From: Lama glama
Lineage: Eukaryota
NCBI GenBank assembly: GCA_028534125.1
Contig: CM052817.1
Location: forward strand, 51,834,001-51,898,000
DNA length: 64,000 nucleotides
Direction: 5' to 3'
Shown here: in pieces, positions 1-13,398 of the stretch
Position numbering within the stretch: the stretch's first letter is position 1
How the letters are laid out: each line of letters opens with the position of its first letter
Notes under the pieces: generated by a model
Told to the model about the DNA's origin: nothing
What the model saw: only the letters and a program-made list of their open reading frames with translations
Databases searched by the model: none
Program-made: the position numbers and the translations under genes

Positions 1-1199
1 GTAGAAAAGAAGAAACCAAAGCATGGAAGAGAAAAAAGATTATGATCAAGGTATTCAGTGGCTATGGGCAACACATGTATTTCTACAGTAAAACAGAGTT
101 CTTGTGTTAGAAACTACAATAATTCATACACTATGCTTATTATTGATTTATAATTAGTTTAAAAGCTAAACATCAAGTCAAACACTTTTAAATGTTTTCT
201 GTCAGAACTTTTTAGGATTGCTATTCTTTTAAACTCCCAGATTTCTGAATCTTTACAAATATGAAGTTTCTAATTAACTAACCAAAATGACATTTATAGG
301 TGAAACTAAAGAAAATAGTTGCTAAAAAAAGTCTTTGTAAATACTTAGCTCAAAGCCTTCCTTTTCTTACCCAATTTGGCACAGATTTCAACACACTGAA
401 GATTTTTCTTACTTTTACTACTACTTCCTGAAAGTCATATAATGCAGATATTACAAACATTCTACACGTAGAAATATAGATTAATAAAAAACTATTTCAA
501 AAAGCTTCTTCACAATTATTTGAAATTATTAAGATGAAGGATTTTTCTTAGGAAATTCTTTACTCCTTCACCTTAATAATTTCAAATAATTGTGAAGAAG
601 TCAAAAATAAGATAAAATAAGATTTAGGATTTAAAATCCTCTTTTATGCGCTACATAAAGCATTCCTCTGGGCATATGTCACAAAATAAGCTGTCAGCCA
701 ATTTACAAAGTCACCACAAATTCACACTATCCATTTCCTATGAATTATATTTTTACAAGTGGCATTCATACCATACGCACATTGGATTTTCCATATACAA
801 ACCAAATTATTTGATTCACAAGCCAACAAGTGATGATCATTCCAAACCATAATTTCATACATAAACAGGTTTGCTACAATCCAGAAGTTAATCACACTCA
901 AATGAATTCATTAGCTAACCAACATATTTGTGATAAAACTCCAATCTGTTAGGCACACAAAATTGTCTGGAATTGGATTTTGTTGTTGTTAGAACCATAT
1001 GGTAATTTTTTTTCCCCAAAAGCACATTTGGAAGGTCTCTTACTGTGAATTTTCATTTGATAATCTTGATTAAAAAAATTATTTCCAAATATTCATCGAC
1101 AGTCCATCCCAAATAAGTACAATTAAAGAACACTTGAACAATGAATTAAGTTGTTGTCAAATGTTGTTAGTAGTAATTAGATTAAAAGTGTATAAGAAC

Positions 1200-2200
1200 A
1201 GTGTTTGCAAATAATATTTGCTAGGTACTATTTATACATAGGGTATTTTACTAATCACTGAGAGGATATGTAAATGAAAAAAAGATTACCTCCGAAAATC
1301 CCATTTAGGCGCTTTCACCAAGGAACAGAGATGAGAAACATGATTAAGTTAAGTGGAAAAACCATAAAACTACATGCAATTAAGTAATCAAATGCATAGG
1401 AAAGAAAATAAATTCTATAGGATTATAATTGTGACTGAAGAATTTGGATACAGGATGATACAGAAAGTGAGAATTTAGATTGTCTTTGAGAAAATATGCT
1501 GCTTTATTATAGATAACGGAAGAAGAAAGGCCTCCCAAACCTGGAGAACATTTTTTGTTTGTTTTGTTAGGAGAGATGAATAAGAGCTAAAAAAAGTTAG
1601 GCTGAAGAAGTAGATTCGGCTTGGGAAAAACAGGCTTTATTGTTGTCTTCCTAGAGTCAGGATAGAGTTTGGAAATTTTTAGAAGGGGGCTGGAAGTGTC
1701 AGGTAGTAAATAATAGATAAACTGAAACATCAAAAGTTTAAAATAGAAAGCAAACTTTTTGTTCTTAATTTTAAGAGTTTATCTTGCAGCAGTTTATATA
1801 TGCATTGGGCAACCATGGGAGGACTCTTAAGTCAGTAAAAGTTTTAAAACAGAAGAAAATTGGATTTTTTTTTGGAGAAAATTGGTATTTTAAGACAAAA
1901 TCATTAAAGCACAAAATGCTGAGGTTATAAATAGTTCTTTGCTAAATTAAAATAAGTAAGAATAAATAGATATATAAATAGAAAGACACAAGGGTGATGT
2001 TTTGGGTACAATATTTGGAGGAAAGCATGCATGGCTAACAGATAATAAAGTTGAGTGATTAGAATAATTGTTTGAAAACAATGGAGTTACATAGTTTAGT
2101 AGAGAAAATCCATTATGGGTGGTGTGAGATGGGGTGACTCAGGGAAGAAGAGAGTGATGAATTCAGTCAGTTACAGAGCTATTTCAGTTTGAGGTGCTGT
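1200..2200 (-). mobile_element. Highly degraded L2 LINE remnant
   Basis: Patchy similarity to antisense L2, e.g. gagtgatgaattcagt...tttcagtttgaggtgctgttg near 2150-2200; boundaries approximate. Confidence 0.4.
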
Positions 2201-3611
2201 TGCAGGTTTATTTACTGGACCACTAGAAGACCGGAAAAGCTGTCATTTTAATGAGGCATAATGAGTATTCTTACTAGTGACAAGCATAACAACCCTGCGC
2301 ATGACCTCCACCTTCTTTTGATGTGAATGGACTCACTTCATTAGTTCTTTTGAGATACTTAGGATGCTATTCGTGTATGTATTATCTACACATTAAACTA
2401 TTCCAAAAAAAAAAAGATTTAATGTGAGTTGCATCATCAAACGTACAAGTGTACAAATCAGAGTAGATACACGTAGAAAAATAGTCATAAATTATGTTGG
2501 TAATGGGGCTAATTTATAAATTTGTGCATACCACTTTTAATTCCATACTCATAACTTGCTGCTAGTGGACCAATGGGGTGCTATACTTTCTGGCAAATTC
2601 ACAAAAGGAGGAAACTATTAATTCTTTCAATTGCAATTCTCTCAGCTTGGGTCTTTTTTGGTAACTTTTAATAGCATTAAAATTTTTATCCAATGTTCAT
2701 AATTACTATCTGAAAGCAGTTTAATGTGACCATGCCACTCCTCTGCCATGGCTGGAAGTCCTTCAATGTAATTTGTTTCATCTGTCATTGTTATAAGAAT
2801 AGCTGTGCTTTCTGTTAAATCAACTACAGGTTTTTGTTGTTGTTGCTTAAGTCATGTGTAGTTGGTATCAGTTCTTTCTTTGATATTAGTGAAATCCAAG
2901 AACCTCTTTTTAATTATAACACTTCATGCATTTTTGTTACTTATAACACATAGTGTTATTTTACTGTTCATTAGTTTCCTCATCATACATTAGTGAAATA
3001 TTTCAAGAAATACTGATTTGTTTCCTGACACCTGGCAACATCTCAGTCTTCATTATTCTACTACTTTTAGTTGGATTTGTCTACCTTTTAAAGACTCAAT
3101 AGCTCTCCAAAGTAGTTTATTCATAGAATTAAGTTGCATTTTTGCTTCAAAGAACATTTTTAAGAAATGTGACTCCCCTGTCACTTTATTTTCTTCAAAG
3201 TATTTCAAGTGAATAGAGAATAATTTTCAGAGAATTTTTACAGATATTCACTTTAAATGACATTGTTTCCAAAATAGTGTCACTGATGTGATGTTTTCTG
3301 TTCATTTTTGACTTATTTTAAAGTTGAAATCCTGTATTTAGCTAATTATTTTCTAACAAGAATTTCTCTTTTGAGAGTTAGAATTCTTTATGAGTAACAG
3401 ATAGTTAAATCCATCACATATCCAAAAATCAAGATTCCATATAAAATTATGAGGTAACTTGAACTTCAGTATTTAAGGTAATTTTAAGGTGGGTACCGTG
3501 TCTGCACTTTGTGTGTGATTTTCAAAGTATATGCAGGATTTATGGTATAGTAAAGGTTTATAATAAAAAGTCAACTATATTTTGACATATAAGATAATTT
3601 GATTTCAATAT

Positions 3612-4500
3612 TAATTCAGATCCAACAGGAAACCAGAAACCATACCAGAACCATGTGGTTCAACGGAAGATATTTAATATAGGGAATTTGTTATAAAGCA
3701 GTTAGAAGGCTGTTTGAGCAAAAAGAGAGCACAGAAATAGCCCAGAGATAATACCTCCAAAACGACAGAACTACAAGAACAGAAGGAAGAGGTTAGATCG
3801 TCAGATCCTAGACTCTGCGCAAAGGCACCAATAACCTGGAACTTAAATCCTGGAGAAGAAAATGTGATTTGTGTGCGGCCGTTCCCACGAAGGAAGAATG
3901 ATGAGACTCTGAGTGTCAAAAGAAGGTTGGAGAGGAACACCTGTGGCTGTTGGAAGAAACAACTACTGCTGGGCAATGCTCTTAGAGGGGGCAATGCTCT
4001 TAGGGGAGGCAAACGAGAGTTAGAAGTAGGTCCTTCTCTCCATCTGCACTCCAGACTCCTTTTGTTACCTTCTATTTGGAGTTGAGAGAAAACTGGCAAA
4101 TAATTGATACATTCTTTTAACTACTCAGCATTGGAATATATCATCCTATAAATATATTGAATCTATATGGCAAATAGAAACAATATGCTTCCACCTAACA
4201 AAATATAATTTCCCCTGGTAATTAAATCTCTCTCACCCTCTCCCCCAGAAGAATAGATGCAAATTCCCAAGGGTCATGGTACTCATCTTTTAGTCTCAGT
4301 CATAGTATTCATGTTCTTCCTCTTCTTGTTTAGTTATAATCCTACTGGAATATCACATAACTCAGAGGTGGCAATGTAGAACTGACCAACATTCCTTATA
4401 TAAATTAGTAAGGGAAATGGAGGAAGGAAAGAAAAAGTATTGGAGTTGAGAAACAAGAGATAAATAATTGGCACAACATTATTTTTGGGTAAATGCTGAT
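3612..4500 (-). mobile_element. Ancient LTR plus adjacent internal sequence (MamGypLTR/LTR85-like; family uncertain)
   Basis: cagatccaacaggaaaccagaaaccataccag...atttaatatagggaatt and ccagactccttttgttaccttctatttgg...aactggcaaa resemble the termini of recalled ancient Gypsy-like mammalian LTRs. Accounts for ORFs 3674..4099 and 3864..4085. Confidence 0.45.
3971..4006. repeat. 18-bp tandem duplication
   Basis: gggcaatgctcttagagg followed by gggcaatgctcttagggg (17/18 identical). Confidence 0.95.
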
Positions 4501-5969
4501 TTGAAATAGAGCCACAAAAGAGCATGACTGAAACACTGACTGACCAAAGGCAAGAAGGCTGTATACCAAAACTAGAGACTTGTGTTCTATTTTTGATAAT
4601 GATTTCTAATACAGTTCTGGATTTGATGAGAAGTTTTCACTGTTATAAAATAAAGGCATAATTTACTATCTAAATTCTCATGCTATTATGATTTTATATG
4701 TTTCTTATTGATTTGTATTTTCCATTGCAGAAAAATTGCAGGAGACACGTGTAATCTTCCATCCATGATGATATGTTTTTGATGAATAGTTCTTTGTTTT
4801 TTTATCTTAGCATTAAATTCTTCGAAGCTCCCTAAAAAATATACTTTTTTCACTTACCGTTTAATTTACTATGAAGCTGTTCCCAAGTTCCCTGTTATTT
4901 TTATTTAACATTCTACATAAAATCACCATAATTCCTATCTGTTGTGGTCTCTAGTAATATACTTAAGAAGTTTTCATATATGTTCAGCAACATGAATATA
5001 ATATGATATAACAGATAACTAAAGATCAAAACACATAGACTAAAATCATAATTTCTATTTTATGGACTTCTGAGTAACATAATTATATAAGAAATTATTA
5101 ATAACCACTGCTATTTTTTTACTTTATTACTAGTGAGTTATACTGCATACCAATCCAAATACCAACTGGTATGGTCGGTCCTTTCAGGTATTTTTCTCCC
5201 CAGGAGATTAGCAAAAAAAAATTTCTTTCACACTTTTGAACTCAGTTTAATTTCAAGGCACACAACCATGAACTCTTCAATCCTAGGAAGTGATGATCAC
5301 AGAGGGAGTTCATCCTTTCATCACAGAATTGAAGAATTATTTTGCTTTGTGCAATTCTACTGGATACATTGTGACAGATCTTCAATTTCCATTTATTTTC
5401 TAATCAAAAGGAGTAATTTCCTTGGCACTAGTACAGGTCTGAGTAGCTCAGGAGGAAGAAACATAATCAGCAGAGGCAAAGTATATGATATTTAAAATAT
5501 TCTAACTTTTTTTGGAAATACTAAAATGAAAGTTAAAATATGTATTTATTAGCAGATTCAAGGCCATCTACAGAAAAAAGTTCAGTGGCTAACCATATGG
5601 ATATTTTTGGGCTTTAAAGCTTTTTAGTTGCTATTAGCAACAATCATGAGCAAAACTGGTAGGTTGCTGTTATATTCTGGATGTAAAGGGAAAAGGAGAA
5701 GAAATAGAAAGTGAAATGAAGAAATAAAATGTGGGAAAAAGATAAAAAATAAATATAAGAAATAAAGAAAAATTTTCATCTAGTGAAAAGTAACATTCTT
5801 AATTCAGGATGTCAGATATAGTTCATGTTTAGGATTGTCCCATATCTCAGAATATTTTATCTTTTTTTTCCTTTGTTATATTACGAGACTTCAATCTGGA
5901 AGCATATTGGTGTTGGGAACAATTCTTATCCGTGTTTATATTCTCACTTTCATCTTTTCTAGTGATGAC

Positions 5970-6140
5970 AATGCCGTTTGTTGTGCTGTTCCTAGGTACA
6001 CACAAAGCACATTATAGGAATTCTTTCATATAATCCTGACAACACTATGAAATAGCTGCCAGTATAACCTTCAGTTTAGATAACTGAGGGCCAGTGAGGT
6101 TAAGTTACTAATCCAACCTCAGGTCTGTCTTTACCCCTAC
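5970..6140 (-). mobile_element. MIR SINE
   Basis: Antisense MIR core: taatcctgacaacactatga...gataactgagggccagtgaggttaagttac. Confidence 0.6.
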
Positions 6141-7659
6141 TGTGTCTGCGAATTAGAAAAACATGTCCTCGGTTAGCAGCCTCAGGCTTCTCCATGACCT
6201 GTGGGTTAGTAAGTAAAGCTTTGGTTGGTTTTCACCGTGACTTGCTTTCTTGACCAGAGACCTTTGTAAAACGGACACCTTGTATAGCTCTGTATGGTAC
6301 CCCTGCCAAGGTTAACAACTTGTTGGTAGAACTGAGATTCAATTGCTCCAAAGCACGTGTTGGTCGATATTATACTCTTCAGACTCCCAACTAACTCTAG
6401 GCAATACTTCAGACCTCAGATGGATTGTCTCTCCTTCTTCCAGGTTCCTTCTCAAGGGGCCCTCTCTGAACTGGGAACCTCCCCCAGGAACTTCCATCAT
6501 ATCTCGTAGATATTTCTGACATGAAGTTATTATGGTGACTGTGACTGCGAACTTGTAGATAAGCATTTTTATAATAGAGACTGTCTCAGAGCCCAGCACA
6601 GAGACTGTCAATTATTAGTATTTCAATAAATCATTGTTGCATGATTAAAGGGAATTCTATTACCCTGTGGAAATCTGGTAAATGTATGTCAGAAGCTCCC
6701 AGAGCCAGTAGCTGAATATGAATCTGAATTCTGAATCTGAAAGGGTTGACTGACATGAAAAAATAAAGGACATACAAAAGGACAATTTCTTCCACCAGTC
6801 CATCAAGTTGAATGTACATTGGAGAACTGACACTGGAGCTTGAGGGAAGCAGAACTGGAGGCATTAAGCTCTCTCATCTCTTTCACTGTCAGCCTCTGTA
6901 GATCTTTCTCGCTTATGATCTGTTTCAACTTGTTTGCATTCTATGTTTCATTGAAATAAAGGGGTATATTATCACATAAATGAGGCCAAAATACAAACTG
7001 ATTTCAGCATATAAAAACCTTAGCCTGAAAACAACTCAAAATACCCTCTGGCCCACATCTGTTTTGCTCTTTGGTATGACATTTAAAAGAAAGATAAGAA
7101 AATGGAGAGTCAATTTTTTTAAGTTTAATTTTTTACTGCTCCGTTGACATTTCTAAATAGCACAGGATTATGACAATATTAGATATAACTCGGCTAATCA
7201 TCTTACACTTGACCTCAGTTTGTGAGCACATTAGTAATCACATGTGATCAAATCCTATTACTTTATCAGAGTTTTAAAATACCACTCAATAATAACATCT
7301 GTACCAAAAATTAGATGTTCTATACCTATGTTTATATTTGCTATGAAAAAAATTACTTGGCCCATCATTTCAGAAGTCAACCTATTACATATTAAGTGGC
7401 TAAAATGCATGGAAATATGGGCCATGATCTGTTTTGTTTGAAGTCTTAAAATACGTTTGATTCTTGGTCTATGTGTACATTAGCCAGAAGGTTAAAAATT
7501 TCCATCAAAATTTCCAATATCTCATCAGTATTTTACCCTTGTAAATATTTGTAATTTAGTGGGTGTGCTTCCCACATAATTAGAAAAAGATCTAAAGTCT
7601 GTGTGAAATTACACATTTAGGGCTATAACCAACTGAGAGAAATTTGTGTTATTTTCCTA

Positions 7660-7762
7660 TTCTTATTTTTTAATTTTTTAATATATACATTTTTAATGGA
7701 GGTACTGAGGATTGAACCTCATGCATGCTAAGCATGTACTCTACCACTGAGCTATACCCTTC
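7660..7762 (-). mobile_element. tRNA-Ala(AGC)-derived SINE (camelid Vic-1 type)
   Basis: Reverse complement reads agggtatagctcagtggtagagtacatgcttagcatgcatgaggttcaatcctcagtacctcca plus an A-rich tail; about 7 nt missing before the B box. Confidence 0.9.
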
Positions 7763-8009
7763 ACCACACTGTATTCCAATTTTTAATTCTTTACCTTTTA
7801 ACTAGCTTCTTCTCAACCATGTGTATAGGTAAATGGATTTAATAAGTAGTTCGTTTACTTTTTTTAACTATGCTTATGAGACTTAGGGAACAAACTCTTT
7901 GTGCACCACTAGAATTGCAAAAAATAGTATTAATAATAATTGTCCTGTAATTAGCAAAGGTCAAACTAACAGCATAAAAAATGGTCGAGTACTATATAAA
8001 TTTTATATA

Positions 8010-8252
8010 ACTTACACACTGATATAATGCTTACCACATGCTATGCACTGTTTAGATGCTTTAGATACTGTAAATAATTTAATTAACATTTCAACCTTAT
8101 AAGTAAGTTCTATTATTTTCCCTACTTTACGTGTGGGAAAACTGAGCCACAAAAAGGGTAAGTAACTTGCCTAAGGTCACACAAAAAGTAGCAGTCTGGA
8201 TTCATACCCAGATAGTCTGGCTGTAAAATCTATGCTCTTAAATTCTATTCTA
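8010..8252 (-). mobile_element. MIR SINE, near full length
   Basis: gggaaaactgagccacaaaaagggtaagtaacttgcctaaggtcacaca...ggattcatacccag is the antisense MIR core and B box. Confidence 0.85.
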
Positions 8253-8545
8253 AGCTATCTGTCTAGCATTGTATGAAAACAAGATAATATGATTAGAAGA
8301 GAAATGTTCAGAAATACAAGAAAGATGATACATATGCATCTGAGCAATTGCTTCAGCTTTAAAATAAAAGAATAAGGACTGATGAATATATGTAGTCAGT
8401 ACCTTATGACTGAAGCCAATTCAAGGGCGTGATGTCTCTGTAGGGGGCTGCAGCTTCAGACTAACCTGGAATGTATGGTAACTGGCAGATCAGGGTTACC
8501 AGGTGTATGTTTACATGAGATACTGAGTTGCTTTCCAAGAGAAAA

Positions 8546-8786
8546 GAGGCAGCTTGCCTCAGTAGAGCAGTTAAGAGCACAGAGCTGGAGCCAGCATGTC
8601 TGGACTTGAAGCCTGACTCTTTTTTGAGTTGAACAAGTTAACCTTTCTCAGCTGCAGTTTCCTCATCTGTGAAATGAGCTAACAACAGTACCTGACTCTT
8701 AGATTTGTAGTAAGCATTAAATGTGGCAACATTAATAAAGTTTGTAGAATAATATTTAGCATAAATTAAGTGCTTTATAACTGTTT
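8546..8786 (+). mobile_element. MIR SINE, near full length
   Basis: gttaagagcacagagctggagccag...caagttaacctttctcagctgcagtttcctcatctgtgaaatg MIR core. Confidence 0.85.
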
Positions 8787-9561
8787 TAAGTAAAGATGAA
8801 TTTAGTGGGATAAAACTTGACTCCGTAAGAGAGCGTCAGGTTTGGAGAGAAATGACTTTAGTGCTATGTCATTTATCGTCCAAATCCACCCATCCAGCGT
8901 TTGCCACCTTATGAACTCACGTGTAGTTACTAGGGGAAAAAAGGTAATCCATAATTTAAATATACAACAGTGGTTTTACCAAAAATTTGGTAGAATTTGG
9001 GTTGGGGTAAAAGTAGCTTTATCAAAATAGAAAAAATAAATAATCATTAGCTTCTGGCTTCAATGTTCCAAATATGTGTCTGGTCCATTGAGGGGTGGAG
9101 CACTGTGGAAGGGCACACGTGGAGCTGGCTGAAGTGTTGGTGGTACCGTGAGAGAGATGGCATCACACTATGAGTAGCAGCAGCAGTGCTCAGAGGTGGA
9201 TGGTGCAGCATGAATCAACAATGGCTCTTCCCAGAAACCTTGAGAGCGGGCAGAGGGTCAGGGAAAGTATTAAAGCTGTAATGTAAGTACCACTTGTAAG
9301 AGATTGAGCTTCTCCTGCCTCTTGGCAGAGATTTAGTGGAGAAATCCAAAAACATTTGGGTGCTATCTCTACTGTATGTACTTAAGAAGACAATGAGTAA
9401 ACATGGATTAAGAACAGGGTTCCTCCCTTTATGTAGCTTTCAGCTGCATGAGTATGTGAATATATGGCTGTGTAATATTTTCACCTAAGAGCATTGTCAC
9501 CGTACCTATCCCCATCAAGATTTTGTCAATGGCAATCATAACTCTTTCTAAGTTTTGTATT

Positions 9562-9730
9562 TATTTATTTTTTATTGACGTATAGTCAGTTTACAATGTC
9601 GTGCTAGTTTCTGGCGTACAGCATAGTGATTGTTATACACATATATATTCTTTTTCATTGTAAGCTATTACAAGATATTACAGTTCTCTGTGCTATACAG
9701 TAGGAACTTGCTGTCTGTCTATTTTACATT
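9562..9730 (-). mobile_element. L1 3' end, 5'-truncated, cetartiodactyl/camelid type
   Basis: tttattgacgtatagtcagtttacaatgtc...ctgtgctatacagtagg is antisense L1 3'UTR; flanked by gttttgtatt at 9552-9561 and 9733-9742 (TSD). Confidence 0.88.
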
Positions 9731-12069
9731 ACGTTTTGTATTAAAAACCAATTTCAAACTTATCTTAGTGTTGTCACCCAAGTACTGGATACTGACATAC
9801 AAAAGGCCTCTTTTTGTAGTTCAGCTTATTTGATTTTGTTGAATCTATTTCAATATTATTCCCTAACATTTAAGTAGGAACACATCTGAAGAGAACAGTG
9901 CTGCAAAAAGAAAAAGAAAAAATAGAATGTCTTAAGAATATAAACTAGTCTTCTTAAGCACAAAGGAAAGAAAAAGAGTAAAATGGATGAATATGAGCCT
10001 CTTTCCAAAGACTTTAGATGGTGAAAACAATTGGTTAACAAAAACTCAGCTCCAGAAAATATCAGTAAGTGTTATTTGAGAAGCATACCCTTTGATCCTT
10101 GGATCTTCTGAATAAAAGCTACTGCACTGTGATAAATATTCCCTATGTGCCTTTACGTGTAAATGTTCTTTATGTGTCTGCTTGCTTAACACTTTTTCTC
10201 ATATATTAAGTTTGATGGTTTGATGGCATGCATCGTCTCAGCTAAATGGTAGTGGATCTTTTCTACGTTAGAGAGAATTCTTTGTTTTACTATTTATGGG
10301 CATTTTAAATGACCTGTTTGGCTAATATATCAGTATTCATACATCATTTTAAATATGTTTCACTTGAATTTTTTTCCCTGATGACCAAAGAATTTGAAAA
10401 GTAAAGACAATTAGGCCAAAAAATGAAACAAAACAGAAACATTATCCAGGATTCCACCATTCACAGGCAATAATGTTTTCTCCTTTGATATTTCCCTTCA
10501 GCTTATTACTTTTAAGATGACAAATAACAGTATAAGTCTCTCATCTTAAAACAAATAAAACATGGTGAAGACAATTGGAATTCAGGTGCTATAATTCGAG
10601 GCCAAAAGGCCCACAGTGATAGCTGCACATCTGAATCACGGGTCATAAATGTAACAGAGATATATGTTAAGCAAACTGAAAACATTCAGCAACCAGAAGG
10701 CTGGCAGGTCAGGATGGTTGGGGGCTGGTGGCTCGAGAGCTCTTCCTCCTGCTAGTTTATCATCTACACTCCAGTGATCTTTATGGAAATGACCAATAAG
10801 CCAGACTAGTACAAATAAGTCCACTGAGGTAGTTTTTAATACCCATTCTTATCAAATTGAATCACCATGGAACTAATCTTCTGCAAATTATTTCAGAGAG
10901 TTGACATTTTATGTGCACATTAAAGCTTCCCAGAAAGGGCCCATCAATCTGGAGAGGGGCACAGCTGATTCCTGTCAGGTTTCAACTTGGTATTTATTAA
11001 GCTAAGTCTGTGTATATCCTTTAGCGCTGAGTGAAACATGGCCATCCTTAACTGATTCAAGGTAGAGACTGTAGGAGAAAACAAAGCAGCTAGGAAAGAT
11101 GAGAATGGACATTTAAAAAAAAAAGAACAAATAAAGGTACTTAATAACAGTTTGTTGGCATTTAGACTTCAGATAAATGTGTCGATGACACTGATTCCAT
11201 GGGTTTTGAAAATGCAACTGTCAATACTGACTGATTTGCTTTGTAACTGTTTATTTCAGTTAATTATGCTTTTTAAAAGCTAGTGAGAAAAATAATTATT
11301 GTGTGAACACAATAAGACATGGCTGCACTGAAGCAGAAGCTCTCTGGGTATGTTTGAATGTATTACAAACAATAAATTTACCTAATTCATTATTTTGGGA
11401 TTTAAATAACATCTTTGTGGCTGTATTATGTGAAAAGTATTATATTAGGCACGAAGGGAGGGAGGGAGACACGAAGATACATAAGACAGGCATTTTATTC
11501 AAAACCTGAAGTTCAGAGGGGAGGACGGGGGTAGTAGTCGGTAGCCGTTAGAGGATGGAATACTGGGTAGCAAGACCAGAGGTAGAGATTCTATTTAGGA
11601 TATTATTATATACAATAAGATCAATCTATGTCTTATGTAAGTTATTTACATTCAACTTTATATAATACATATTTCCTGTCCCTTTTCCTTTCTGAATCTT
11701 CAAAACAATCCTAAGATATAAGTTACTTATTACCATTAAACCTGTTATTCAGGAAGATATTCAGGTTCACAAAAGATGCATACTTCTGGTCATATGAAGT
11801 TTAACTTAGACTTGACATGTTATAACTTCAAGGCTGAGGTTCTTATCATCATCTTAAGATATTTTCCATTTAAACTTACATATGCCTAGAATACTTGAGA
11901 ATGATCAATTTTAAATGGTAAACATCTTCAAAGAACCCTTTTATGGCTGAAGAGATGGAAAATTTTCCCACTTCACATTATACTTTATATTAATTATATA
12001 GTAAAAGCATTAATTCTCTGGGCAGAATGTTTATATTAACATACCAAAATTAACACTTTTAGTTCATGT

Positions 12070-13398
12070 GGTTTTCATCCCCACTTTTCTACTATTTCAG
12101 AATCACTAAGCTATGATCTCTATATCATTAAATTCTAAGGACATTTTTCATGCCTTATTATATTCTAACTCCAAGCAACACTGAGTACATTCATCAATTT
12201 ACCTTTGTTCACAATCCTCTCTTATCCTGGTTTTCTCCTACCTCTTAAATCACATACCTTCATATCTTTTTCCAGTTTATCTCTTCCTCTCCAATGTCTA
12301 AGTTCCTTAAGTGAGTCCAACACTGTTTTCCCCTATAATTCCTCTCCGGGGACTTTAATCATTACTCACAGCTTTAATTATCAACTATATATAGATAACT
12401 TCCAAATTTAAATCTCTATCAAGATGTCATCTCTGGACACCATACCTGTATATTTGTCTAACTCTTTGATAGTTCTTCTTGGATATTTGAAAGACACCTC
12501 AAACTCACTTCTTCCAAGAGTAAACTCATCATATTCCCCCATTACTACCCAATCACTCTAGCCCAGATTTCTCTATTTTAGAGATTAGCACCACCAGCTA
12601 ACTGTAAAAACTAGAAACCTGTAAGTCATTCCTCACCCCATCCCATGCTCCAAATCTTCTCTTTTTTACCAATTAAGTATGCTTCAAGTCTTTTTCTATC
12701 TCTCCACATCCATCGCAATCACAAAGTTCATACCTGGACTCCTGCAAACTTGTTCACAACTTTGACTGTTCAACCTCCTCCCTTCAATATGGCCTCTGGA
12801 ATGGAACTAGTGGTATCTTTTTCTGGATGAAAATCTAATTGATATGATTATGTCATGACTTGACTTCCTGATTAAAGCCTTTAATTATTTTCTACTTGTT
12901 CTTAAGACAGAAAACCAAAATCATTACTATGGCACGCAGGCTACTTCTTGGTGAGCCATTCACCTATCTTTCTCTTGTCCTTTCCATCTCTGTATCCAGC
13001 CTTCACTTTGGTCACAAGGGTGTTCACTTTCTCACAAGCACCACAATGCTTCCTAATATGGAACAGGGACATTTTCTTCCCTCATGAACTGCTCTTCCTT
13101 TCTTTGGTTCCTCCTATTCATCCTTAAGATCTCAAATTATTTGTCAGTTCTTCAAGGAAGACATCACCAAGGTTTTTAGCCTTATAGTTTAACAAAACCA
13201 TCTACTTTTCTATTGTAGTGTATTTTATAGTTGAACTTTTATGTTTGTTTCATATTAATTTTCTGTTTTTCTGCTAGTCTATCCATAAAACAGAGGCCCT
13301 ATTTGTCTAATGTTTTGCTTACCATTGTATCACTAAAGCCTAACATAGTTCCTATCCATAGGTATCCAACAGATTTCTTTTTTTGAATTAATAAATGT
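12070..13398 (+). mobile_element. L2 LINE (RT region to 3' end), degraded
   Basis: tcctggttttctcctacctc; cagctttaattatcaactatatatagataacttccaaattt (YADD-region remnant); cacctcaaactcac; L2-like 3' terminus at 13320-13398. Confidence 0.75.

Noticed and set aside
3674..4099. Longest ORF in the track (141 aa, minus strand)
   Set aside because: Lies in an LTR-like repeat; the LPPLRA repeat reflects the 18-bp duplication; no recognisable protein.
6776..6940. Minus-strand exon-like segment (tag ... gtatgt), NANKLKQIISEKDLQR...
   Set aside because: Stops in all three frames, poor polypyrimidine tract, no recognised homology.
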